Below, in pieces: positions 51,050 to 62,116 of a stretch of 64,000 nucleotides of DNA. Position 1 is the stretch's first letter, and the number at the start of each line of letters is the position of its first letter. The DNA comes from Zootoca vivipara (Eukaryota), in contig NC_083282.1 of the NCBI RefSeq assembly GCF_963506605.1, forward strand, positions 21,700,001-21,764,000. Direction: 5' to 3'. The translations under genes and the position numbers were made by a program. Under the pieces are notes generated by a model. It was not told the origin of the DNA. It saw nothing but the letters and a program-made list of their open reading frames with translations, and did no database searches.

Positions 51050-52122
51050 GTAAGTCTTTCTTTTTATGGGGATTTTTGAGCAGAGAACCAAGCAAATGTG
51101 TCAGCAAACATGGTCATTGAGTAAACAAAACAACTTCAGTTTGTGTAGTGGAACTTTCCCTCCCTCTCCTCCTCCTGTGTCCCTCCACTCTCTCCCCCCC
51201 CCCCCCAACCTGCTCTGGGGAATTCTTCCAACCTTCCAGAGCATATTTGAAAGAGGGGGAGAGGGAAGGGGAGGTTCTACTGCACAATTCAACCCACAGA
51301 AACTGGCTAGGAAATACACTTTCAGGATCTATGTAGAATGTTTGTTTTGCCCCCCAGATGTGGAAGGGGATGTAAACTTTTAGTAAGAATTCAGCAGAAC
51401 CGTATGGTCCAAGATTCATGAATGTTTTCAGAAATGCACATTTGCATGAGTTTCATATTCCTGAGACTTCCTGAATTTGCCACACTGTTGCAATGAAACT
51501 GCTACAGAACAGCATTGCAAAATACAACGTGTTGGGTGTATCTCTGAGTGCAGCTATTGTATACTGTATTGACAATGACTGGTTGGTTTGACTGGTTGGC
51601 TTGCCTCCCATGATATCAACTACAAGCTGTGTCACCACAGTGCTATATTTTATTGTTCAAGTTTTGTATTTGGGTCTTTACGCTGGCTGTCGCTTAAGGT
51701 TATTGTGGTTCTAACGTTACTCACCCAAAAAAAGAATAAAAGTGTATTATGCCTAGATTGTTTCATTCATTTATCACAAATTGAATGAATGAATGAGTAA
51801 ATGTACCTAACTAATTACCCAAGGGAATGCAACCCTCAATAGGAAAATAAATAAATAAATCTTACTCTGCTGTAAATCCATGTGTGTACATACCTGCCAA
51901 GCGAGCATAATGCTTCCTGCATCTGAAGAAGTGGCCTCTAGTCCAGAAATTATTCATTTTTTTAATGTGCCCCAAGACTCTTTCCAGCAACAGACCATTG
52001 CAGCTGCCCCTCTGAAACTAACCAGATTCATTGATGTGAACTTCTTAGGGGTTTGTGTGGCTGTGTTTTGTTTTGTGACTTGTAAAGTTGAGTACCTGTA
52101 TACCTTTGATTGTTTTTCACAG

Positions 52123-52233
52123 ATATTCTCTAAATTTGGTGCAGTTTTGAAAATAATTACATTCACAAAAAATAATCAATTTCAAGCACTGTTACAGTAT
52201 GGTGATCCAGTAAATGCCCAACAAGCAAAGCTA
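52123..52233 (+). CDS. PTBP2: PTBP2 exon 7 (RRM2)
   Basis: [37 protein letters not shown]; ttttcacag| ... CTA|gtaagt; 111 nt. Confidence 0.97.
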
Positions 52234-52358
52234 GTAAGTATATTTAATTCTGTTTAGCCTTTATTAATAAGTATAGGGTTAAGTATAGTTGTCAGTACTT
52301 GTTTTGTCAAAAATGTATTTGTGTGGACAAAATAAGTAAAAAAAAAAAAGAACACCAG

Positions 52359-52787
52359 TGTCACAGTGGCCTGGGTGGGCTACTTCAGAGTAACAACTCT
52401 ACACAACTCTGCATTTTATCCTTTTATTGGTGCTGTGTATTTACAGTGCTGAAAACAGTGCTATTTACAGAGGGTAGTACATGTTGTCAGTCCTCCACAG
52501 AACCTCCGAATGGCGGTTCACGCGTTTTCTTCCAACAAAGCAATCTTGGCATACTGAATCTCCTCCCCCTGCGCTTCTTGCGCAATTCCGGGGTAGCTGG
52601 GATCGGCCTCTTTCCCACTGCCTCCCTGCTTCCCTGTTCCTTTCCCCGGCGGTGCCTGTGCTCCGCTAGGGTACTCAAGCTCCTGTTTCCACTTCCTGAA
52701 TCACCACTCGAGGTCTCCCCCTCCCCGCTGGGGGAGGAGCTGGTGTTCAGGATGGGAGGGGGCTTTCGGTAGCTCTTATCCCTCACA
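52359..52787 (-). mobile_element. Solo LTR antisense in PTBP2 intron 7
   Basis: TG...CA termini; 5-bp flanks ACCAG/TCCAG (4 of 5 match); minus-strand AATAAA at ~52423; GC/CpG-rich against an AT-rich intron. Confidence 0.7.
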
Positions 52788-54229
52788 TCCAGGATCTTAC
52801 TGCCTGTGAGTAAACATTCTGTTCCTAAATCAACAGTATCATCACTGTTTCACTCAAAAATAACCTGGGACCAAAACGAATAAATGCTTTTCAAAGTCAC
52901 TTCATAGAAAAGGAGTTTCTTACTCTAATCTTCATGTAAATTACTAAGTTTCTCTTAACTGTTTTCTTAAGGCTACAGCCTGCTTTCTAATCTTAGCCAG
53001 CATTTATAAACATTAAACAATCTAAACATTAGTTGAATTGATAAGTAAAGCTACGAAGCAGAAATGTGAAAAGATAATTTACAATGCAATCATTTGTGTA
53101 TCTATTCTAAAGCAAGTCCCACTGAATTCTATTGGATTTGCTCCCAAGAAAATATGTATAGGATTACAGACCTTAGACATCTAAATACCCTGTTAAGATG
53201 CTTTTTAAAGTGGTTCATGATGTGCCTCTGGGTGATAAAATATCCAACATTCTGAAGGGTCAGTTTAAAAACCTACTATTGCAGAAGAGAAGCTAAATGA
53301 AATTTTCAGGTTTTTACCATAAAGGTTAATGGTAAAATTACTTTGCAGGTAGTGCTCTTTATAGTGAATCGGAATGTGGCCTTCAAAGAAATTGAAGGCT
53401 CAATAAGGAAGTTTAAAGAGCAATTTAAGAAAATCAAGCACCTAGATGAAGTAGCATTTCCTAAGGAGTCTGATGAAAATAGCCTTGTCAACATCACTGT
53501 TGGCTATGAAGTGCCTATGATGTTCAGACTTGCTATTCAGGTTGAAAAAGTGAATTCTGGCATAAAATGATTCTCTTTATTTCACATTGGCTCACGTTGG
53601 GTTATTTCCCTATCAGACTGTTGTTATTGTAGCTGAAGCATCTGAAGTTGCCATTGCCTTAAAACTCCTGCCTTTGCAAAGCACACCTAAATAAGCTCTT
53701 CTATGCATACCATCATGGTGGATAAACGTTGGCTTCTAAGATCAAGTGTGCAAATAATTTGTAGATACATATAAGATCAAATGTCTCCGTCAAAAATTAC
53801 CAGCAATACATTAAAATCTGGATTTAACAGAAACATATGTTAGTCTATTCCTACTTTTAATCTGCTCAATTAATTGGAAACTCTTCCTTAATCAAAAAGT
53901 ATTTAAGTGTTTGATTAATCAGCTATATGTTGCAGCACAGCTTATTGCCAATTAATTCTGAAAGAAAGGCCTTGATTAGTTCTCTTCACAGGAATATTGT
54001 CAAACTGACAAGTGTTGCAACATTGTTGTGTGTTACTTTGTTTTCAGATAAACACATTCCTTGATCCAGTCACTCTGTTCTCTGTTTTAATTTGCCCGGA
54101 GGACAGTGCCATTTCATTTTTTTTAGTACACCTGCTGTCCATATACTTTGACATTGCTTGGTGTTTCTTGACTGAGGTGGTGATAAGATACTGTTGAAGA
54201 CGGGAGAGAGATGAGAGAGAAATTTGAGA

Positions 54230-54360
54230 AGAGGTGTGAGACAGGGAAAAGTGTTATCACCACAGCTATTCATAGTGTCAGAACTTGTGTTCCATAGGTT
54301 GGATTGGTTTCCTTGAGGTCTCAAAACAGATGGCAAATGTTTGCATCATCTAAAAGATGC
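54230..54360 (+). mobile_element. RTE-clade LINE reverse-transcriptase relic
   Basis: AGAGGTGTGAGACAGGGAAAAGTGTTATCACCACAGCTATTC translates as RGVRQGKVLSPQLF (RT motif GVRQG..LSP.LF), followed by LDW...DG..LHHL. Confidence 0.65.
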
Positions 54361-54935
54361 TAATTATGTGCATGCATGCTGTGAGATGCTTTTATGGATG
54401 CTCATTTAGAGCCACTTGTAAGCTCAAGTTTTTCTTGTTTCCTCATTTTTGAAGTTGGAAAGGAACTTCTTTATTTATTTTTACAATTTAATAGGGAACA
54501 TGACAACATAACATATATTTTATGCTTTTGTGCTTGTATGTTATCTTTTTTGAGCTTATTTTGGGGGCATGTTTTTTCATACTTATAATTTACATTATAT
54601 TGAAGACTTGCAGGAGTTGGATATGAAAAGATGATAGTTTCTGCCCTTAAAACTACTATCATCCATCTGTGCCATTGGGTGTTTCATTCACCTGGAAGGC
54701 TTGCATTGATACCCCATTTCATTTCATCTGAGGGAAGGACTAGGTCTATCTGTAGTAGCCAGGTTCACCTCTATTTCAGTGGAAGGTATGATCACTGAAG
54801 TTTCGATTTGAGGAAGGAAATACCTGTTTTGAACTTTGTAACTGACACTAGTTGCTGGAAGCTGCAGGAGGGGAGTGTGTTCTTGTGCTCAGGGCCTGCT
54901 TACATGTTTTCCATAGGCATCAGGTTGGCCGCTGT

Positions 54936-55035
54936 GAGCCCAAACCTGAGCCTGGGCCATGCACATCAGAGCCCAAACCCAAGCCCAGGCTGCCCATGCC
55001 AGAGACTGAACCTGAGCCCAGGCCACCCGAGCCTC
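54936..55035. repeat. ~33-bp degenerate tandem repeat (3 copies)
   Basis: GAGCCCAAACCTGAGCCTGGGCC / GAGCCCAAACCCAAGCCCAGGCT / GAGACTGAACCTGAGCCCAGGCC. Confidence 0.65.
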
Positions 55036-55455
55036 TGTGCATTTACTATCCATGTATAAGACAACCCCCAATTTTTGACTTAATTATTTTTTTGCAAAAC
55101 CATTGTTTATACACAGAAAAATAGGGTAATTCTAGTTCCAATGGTTTTAGTAAAATTTCTAGAATAGCTAGGCTAACCAGTCTGTAATTTCCTGGCTCTC
55201 ATTTTACCTTACATCCCCACTTTTTGTAAAATGAAAAATAATACAAAGTTAATAAACCAACTATAATTATATCAGCATTATCTAGCTGATAATGTCCAAC
55301 TACTATTGAATATAATATTTGATAGTATCCAGTTCCATATGTGTGGTGATGTATTTTAAACATTTTCATATTTATTTCAGTGGATGTGTATATGCTTAAA
55401 CCTCAGCTGTAACATCTGTCATGTGATCTTCATTAATATTTTCCTATTTTTCTAG

Positions 55456-55651
55456 GCGTTAGATGGTCAGAATATTTATAATGCCTGTTGTACCTTACGG
55501 ATTGATTTTTCCAAATTGGTCAACTTGAATGTAAAGTATAATAATGATAAAAGTAGGGATTATACTCGCCCTGACCTTCCCTCTGGTGATGGCCAGCCAG
55601 CTTTGGATCCTGCTATTGCTGCTGCCTTTGCAAAGGAGACCTCTCTTCTAG
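55456..55651 (+). CDS. PTBP2: PTBP2 exon 8 (end of RRM2, linker)
   Basis: [65 protein letters not shown]; ttttctag| ... TAG|gtatga; 196 nt. Confidence 0.97.
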
Positions 55652-58600
55652 GTATGATTTTGTTTCTTTCTCCATTCTCATTATTTACAGTGTCTTCTAA
55701 GACAGTATCTGCAGATTAACTTTTTATCCATGCAATCATTGAGAATACTGAATAAAGTAGACCCTGAGCTCTGAAGAATAGGTCTGTTGATTATTACTTT
55801 CAATAAACTTTTCTTCCCTTTCAACAAATTCTGCTCAGATTATCTGATTCCTCACTCATTTTTAACCTGTATCCCTTCCAGTCTTTTAGTTTGAGTACCT
55901 TCTACTGAAGCTAACAGGGCTGCCCATTATCTCAGCTTCTTTTATTCCATTTCTTTACTATGTATGTTTTATATTCATTGGGTACCCCCCCCCAAGAAAC
56001 TATAAAATGAATCTTAATACATGTGCTATTTCATGTAAGGCCCTTTCTAGTATTATTGGATGGGGATTGCTTGGCCCCACATACTTGAGAGCAAGAGTAT
56101 CTGGCTTTTCCTCAATCTCAGATGCATTAACTCCTATATCGCTACGGCTCCTCTTTTATGAAAACTGAAGCAATGTGGTCTTCCCATCAGAGAACTGATG
56201 AAACCTTACTGCTTCAGACATGACTTTAAACCTTCTCTCTGTATAGCATTTGCTCTGCCATTAAATTATAGCCACTCTCATTTCATCTACTGCCAGGTTT
56301 GCAGTCTCTCTATATGTATTACAGTGAAGCTCAGTGGCATATCAAGGCATTTTTAATAAGTTTGAAAATGTAATTCTTATGCTTACTTCTTTCTATATGT
56401 TCTTGCTGCAGAGCTGAGAATTATTTCTAATTTTCCTTTTGCTTAGCTCTCTGTGGTGTAAGCAGTGGGGTGGGGGCAACCTTGTTGCTGAAATCATATT
56501 ACTCTTTCCCTTCATTGGGGCAACACATTGTATTGTCGAAAGACAATTAAATTTACTTTTTGCTTCGTGCTGATGAATATTGCTTCAAGGGAAAATGCAC
56601 TGAACTGTGAGTATGGCTATAGGTGATTATGCATGCAATTCAATTCTGTTTATTTTATTTATTCTATACCATTAGATATAGAAGCAAGAATGTTCTCTTG
56701 AGAAATACTTAGGTGCACATGAGCTAGTGATTTTCCTGACCATGTGAAGTTTAGACATAATCCCTTATTTAAAAAAAAAACCCCAACAGCTTTGGGACTC
56801 TGCTGTCCATGTCTGCTATCTCCTGATGTAACATAATATTCAGAACTAGTGCAGTGCTATTCATACTGCCTCTTAACTTTCATTCTTTAATGCATCTGAG
56901 GTTTATACAGTCTGGTGCTATTTCTTGGTCTTTCTGGGTGTCCACAATTAAAATGATATCCATTAAAATTTTAATGGATATCATGGCCCAGATGTATATG
57001 TATGATATGTTTCCTCATACATTTTTTTTCTTCTACAAAAGGATAACTGCTCATTAAAAAGGATGGCCAATTTAAAAATAGAAAAACTCGCTTTCAATCT
57101 ATTAGGAGAAGTGCTTGATTCCTATTGATGATATAAAATTTGTACTTTATTAAATAAAATTGGATGAGGTGCCAGAAGTTCACTATGTCTATTTGTGTAT
57201 CTTAAGAGCAATAACATGATGGTGGTGACTTAATTTAACCCAGGGGATGGGGTGGGAATTAAAAGTTCACAAATTCAAAACTAGAGATGCATTTGAGTCA
57301 TTCCTGTCTGCATTTGGATACTTTCACCAGAATTCGCTCCTGTATTTTCTGTGAATAAGCCAATTGCTATCAATCTTCAGTTAGTCCTTATACTACAAGT
57401 AATACCTGGTTGTAAGAAAGAATTAGCGTTGAATTGGCTCTAGTAAATTTATTCAACATGGCTTATTCAACATTTATTCAACATTAAAAACAATGGATAC
57501 CAGCATGTAGCAAATCAGTACATTAAACAACAACAGCATCCACACAAAAACACAACTTTATCAGTAAACCAGAGCAACACAACTTTAAATTTATTTATTT
57601 ATTGCTTACTAACTTAAAGCCTTGGTACAGCTGGATCATATTTCATCAAATGCATGGGAGAAAAGGGAAGCCATAACCTGGTGCCTGGGAGAAATGGGCA
57701 CCAGACCAGTGTGGCTGGAGAGATGCTGTCATGATACCGTAGTAGTTGCAAATTATGTGTGCTTCCTCTGATGCTGTGGAGGTACCGGTAGCATGCCTCT
57801 GAATACCAGTGGTTAGGAACACCAATAGACGGTGTGTTTTTTGCCCTTCCATTCTGCTTGTGAACTTCACATAAGGATCAGGTTGGCCACTGGGAGCAGT
57901 AGGGTTCTTCTTAAGTTTTTATATTTGAATTTTAAAATACTGTATGGATCCATAATGCGAGAAATGTGGTTCAGAAGGTTTTGCCTACAAATAGCTTCCT
58001 TAATGTAAAAGGAGTGGGGGCTGTGCCAATACAGTATCTTCTGTAATGTTTCTATGTGTTTGCTCTTCTCCGGCCTTTAGTAGAAATGGCAGAAAAACAA
58101 AAAAAAATTTAAGCAATAAAATTAGGAGTATGGCAGAGAGTTGAAAAAGAGTAACTTTTAGAGGGTAGATAATTTTCAAGAAAACTATAGACTTTTTTAA
58201 AGCACCCTTTCATACAATCATAGCGGCTAAAAAGGGATTTAAGAAAAAATGACTTTAAAATGAAAAGGGTAATAGTGCTAAAGGCTGAGATCATTATCAC
58301 CTTTGAGTGAGTTTTGAAGAAGAAGAAAAGCTTTGTATTCACTCACTACAGATTGGCAGAGTGCTTAAAGAGGAAGATTAAGAGTAATTTAAAGCAGTCT
58401 TCCAAAAAAAGCACCACCCTTTAAATTACCCCCTTTAAACATCCTCGCAAGTCACAGTAGCTTCCAGGATCAGCCAGCCACAATGAAGGTGGTAATATTC
58501 TTCCAAAATACACCTTGAGCCAGGAGACCTCTTGGTAAGGGAGAGCTGGGTGAGTCATTGGGTGAAGTTCGCTGTACTTCCGCTTTCTTGTGAGTTGATG

Positions 58601-59212
58601 GAGCAGAGGAATGACAGCAGCTGCAACTGGGCTTTTTTAAACTAGAAATGTTATGTTCTCAGAACAAGCACACATTCTTTATATGGAAGCTTTAATGTTC
58701 CAGTGTTTGTTTGTTTTTAAATAAAAAGCTTATTTTGTTAATTTCTAAAACATCCTTAGGTGACGTGAGTGCTGCAGATGGCATTGTGCACCTAGTAGCT
58801 CTTTAGCAGCTACAGTGCTGCTACAGGGTGTTTTCCCATTAATCCCCAAAGGGTTCAGCTGATAGTACGTGCACATTTTTCAATTAATCTCTGCAGCATT
58901 GAATAATTATTTATTTAGACTGTATTGAACAACCAACTCTTATAAGACCTTAGGTACACATGACTTCTACATCCAGCACAGGTAACTTGTGAATAAAGGA
59001 TTCTGGGTGTCTACAGCATTTTCTTTTAGAAGGCATTTGATTTAAGAAGTTGTGGCTTCTGTGTTAGAAGGAGTGACTGTCTAGATTTGAGATTTGGTGC
59101 TTTGTGGCCCTGGGCCTTCTCTCTAACTGTATATCGTTGCAAGAAGTTGTGATGATTTCAGTGGTAGGAGGAATGATTTTCCTCACAGGATTTAGACTCA
59201 AGATTTAGACCC

Positions 59213-59412
59213 ATCAGAAGTCAAGGAGATAAAGAACTATACAGCTTTTAGAAGACATCTGCTGAAGGCAGCCCTGTATTGGGAAGTTTTTAATGTTTGA
59301 TGTTCTATTATGTTTTTCTATGTGCTGGAAGCCACCCAGAGTGGCTGGGGAAACCCAACTGGGTGTGCAGGATATAAATAATAAATTTATTATTATTATT
59401 ATTATTACTATT
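59213..59412 (+). mobile_element. L2-like LINE 3' end with (ATT)n tail
   Basis: ...TTTTAGAAGACATCTG...AAGGCAGCCCTGTAT...GAAGCCACCCAGAGTGGCTGGGGAAACCCA...AATAATAAATT(ATT)n. Confidence 0.65.
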
Positions 59413-59969
59413 ATTTGATGGTTTGTGACTATAAGCCTTCCTTCACTATCTGTAGATTTTTGCAAACTATCAAGGGAGCAGGTCAGATGTATTTCTCTTG
59501 CCTTTGTTTTCTTATGAATAAAGGCACATTGGAGGCATGCCTTATTGAGTAGCTGAACTTGAAAGTCCTTGGCCCATTTGTTAGTGTGACTTGTTTTCAT
59601 GTGCCATTGAAGCTGCCATAGATTTCTGATGAGTAAATTAAGCACGAACACCTTCAGTGAGCTATTTCTGCCAGGATAGTGTTTGTGTTAACTGAAATGG
59701 TAAGCTAAGGACTAATATGGAGGAAACTCAAGGTTCTGTGTCGCGTGCTAGTGAACTAGTAACGAGGCAGCTGCTTTTCGCTCTCAGGATTCTTTGGAAC
59801 ATTGGTTTGTCATAAAGAAGTGGAATTTCACATAGGTCAACCTACAAATGGATAGATCTGGACAAAGGCGCAAAACCAACACAACACTTCTAAATTAGAT
59901 TATATTGGAACGACTTGTGTGTGTTTCGTAAAATATGCTTTATTTTAAAATTAGGGCTTCCTGTTGCAG

Positions 59970-60109
59970 CTGTTCCAGGAGCGCTGAGTCCATTGGGGAT
60001 TCCAAATGCTGCTGCCGCCGCCGCCGCAGCTGCTGCTGGCCGTGTGGGTATGCCTGGAGTTTCAGCTAGTGGCAACACAGTCCTTCTGGTTAGCAATTTA
60101 AATGAAGAG
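59970..60109 (+). CDS. PTBP2: PTBP2 exon 9 (poly-Ala linker, start of RRM3); alternative in-frame acceptor at 59955 adds GLPVA
   Basis: [13 protein letters not shown](A)10[24 protein letters not shown]; donor GAG|gtcagt, phase 0. Confidence 0.95.
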
Positions 60110-61134
60110 GTCAGTGAACCTACTTGTTCACCCTTCTTTTTCTTTTTTTTAATACCATGCTTCATTTTGTAAACTGCATAAGTGCGTCTTTATCTCGAGC
60201 TTGCTTTTACTTTTATTTATTTATTAAGATCAGTGGCTCGCTCCGCCCCCATGCTACTCAAGATTGTTTTACAACTAGATACCAATAAATTGTTTCTATT
60301 ATAGTTAAATACTTCTGTTTTCCTAGGTAGCCAGCATCTTTTAAAATACCCATTGCTATTCGGCTACCTATTTTTCCTAAGAAAAATATGGTAAATATTG
60401 CATGTTCTGGATGCCTTTTAATTTATTTTTCCAAGTACCTATGTGATCCATTTTGTAAATTAGTTCTTAAGAAAACTGCTGTTCTGTTTTGCCTGAGCTA
60501 ATTATTTGCTTGTTCATTTCATGCTTACATGTCATTGCATTTTTGTAGTATTTGTGAACAGCTCTAACACATTTTTCTTTGAAGGTTCTCCCAAAGATCT
60601 TGCTGCAGCACTCTTCAATCTCTCTTAGTAATTTTATCTTTCCTTCACAGTTTTTATTCATCTTTTCTCCTAAAAACAACAACAGTTTACTTCAATACTT
60701 CTTTATCTCTGAAATCAAAAAGGTTTTCTTTAGTTTTGCATTTTATCATTTTGTACCTTTACTTTGACTTGCTGTGAAAGCTGGTATGAAATGTGGGATA
60801 GTTTGTATCCATTTGTCTCTTTGGAATATGTGTTTCATATTTTTTTTGGCCTCTGTTTTTTTCAATATGAGCCATTATGCTTTTCTCATTTTTGTCATTT
60901 ACACTCTTGCACATTAAAATGCTTGGATCAGAGTGCCATTTTGAAAAACCTCTGCCTGCATTTCATAACCAGCCATGCTTATGCAGTTAAAGTTTAGAGT
61001 TGGGCTTGATTTTGTTTTAAGTTTCTATTGCATGGATTTTTCTTTTCTTTTCACATTCAGATGAGATGTAATTTACTGTTTGATATGGATGTACTTTACC
61101 CATATTTTGTCTTGGGTGACTACACTTTACTCAG

Positions 61135-61368
61135 TTTTCTTGTACAATACATAAACCAACCATTTTCTGACCAAATTCCTGCATTTCCTATGTACTGACC
61201 TATATTTTATTTTTTTTTGTTCCCCACTTCCTTATTTTTCTTCTGCATTGCTGTTTCCCTTCCCCGTTTCATCCTTCTCCCTTTGTTCTCACCTACCCTT
61301 TCCCTGTCTCTTCCCAAATTCCCACACCCTTCCCTGTCTTTTCCTCTGCCTACCTTGTCTACACCCCC
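61135..61368 (+). promoter_or_regulatory. AG-exclusion zone, distant branch point and CU-rich polypyrimidine tract upstream of exon 10
   Basis: No AG dinucleotide from 61135 to the gap (at least 234 nt). Branch-point-like TACTGAC at 61193-61199 and TTCTGAC at 61165-61171, followed by ~170 nt of almost pure C/T. Confidence 0.85.
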
Positions 61369-61661
61369 NNNNNNNNNNNNNNNNNNNNNNNNNNNNNNNN
61401 NNNNNNNNNNNNNNNNNNNNNNNNNNNNNNNNNNNNNNNNNNNNNNNNNNNNNNNNNNNNNNNNNNNNNNNNNNNNNNNNNNNNNNNNNNNNNNNNNNNN
61501 NNNNNNNNNNNNNNNNNNNNNNNNNNNNNNNNNNNNNNNNNNNNNNNNNNNNNNNNNNNNNNNNNNNNNNNNNNNNNNNNNNNNNNNNNNNNNNNNNNNN
61601 NNNNNNNNNNNNNNNNNNNNNNNNNNNNNNNNNNNNNNNNNNNNNNNNNNNNNNNNNNNNN
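61369..61661 (+). other. PTBP2: Assembly gap (293 N) inferred to contain the 34-nt PTBP2 exon 10
   Basis: Exon 9 ends in phase 0 and exon 11 starts in phase 1, so a 3n+1 exon is missing. The expected peptide MVTPQSLFTLFG is not encoded in the visible intron. The gap is preceded by a branch point and a long pyrimidine tract. The exon itself cannot be seen. Confidence 0.9.
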
Positions 61662-61771
61662 TTCACCTTATTTGTAGCTAGCACTTTGGCTTTAAAGTTG
61701 AATAGTAAATCTTTTGCTATTTTTCTTTTGCTGTTTTTAAAGCTCTCCATAGATGCAAATTTTTCTTTTAA

Positions 61772-61794
61772 TGCATGCTTTTTTATTTTGCATG
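61772..61794 (+). promoter_or_regulatory. Tandem RBFOX (UGCAUG) splicing elements downstream of exon 10
   Basis: TGCATG at 61772-61777 and 61789-61794. Further copies upstream in intron 9 at 60399 and 61029. Confidence 0.75.
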
Positions 61795-62023
61795 ATCTTT
61801 AATTTAATATCATTCACATAGCTTTGAGGGTTTATAAAAAAAAAAAGCCTTCCTTTTTTCAAAATTCACCTATTCAAAATCTTGTTCTTCTTTATTCATT
61901 TGCGTGAATGTTGGGAGAAGTGAGAGACATGTTCCGAATGTTTCATTGATATGTCAAAATGTGCTGTTCAGCTATCCTTAAAAACGTTGTTTCTTTTGGA
62001 TTTACTTCTCTGATTCTAAAAAG

Positions 62024-62116
62024 GTGTTTATGGGGATGTGCAGCGTGTGAAGATTTTATACAATAAGAAAGACAGTGCTCTTATACAGATGGCTGATGGA
62101 AACCAATCACAGCTCG
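62024..62116 (+). CDS. PTBP2: PTBP2 exon 11 (RRM3)
   Basis: [31 protein letters not shown]; aaaaag| ... TCG|gtgaga; 93 nt. Confidence 0.97.

Noticed and set aside
53306-53570. Lys/Glu-rich 75-aa ORF in intron 7
   Set aside because: It has a non-ATG start, no recognisable homology, and is not needed for the PTBP2 frame.
54852-55124. ORF with PE/PK repeats
   Set aside because: It is produced by a 33-bp tandem repeat next to a DNA-transposon end, with no exon context.
61217-61802. ORFs spanning the N-gaps (also 31688-31961)
   Set aside because: Artefacts of translating N runs.
59970-62116. PTBP2 as a frameshifted pseudogene or a true loss of exon 10
   Set aside because: All other exons are intact, and the missing exon coincides with an assembly gap flanked by its splicing signals.
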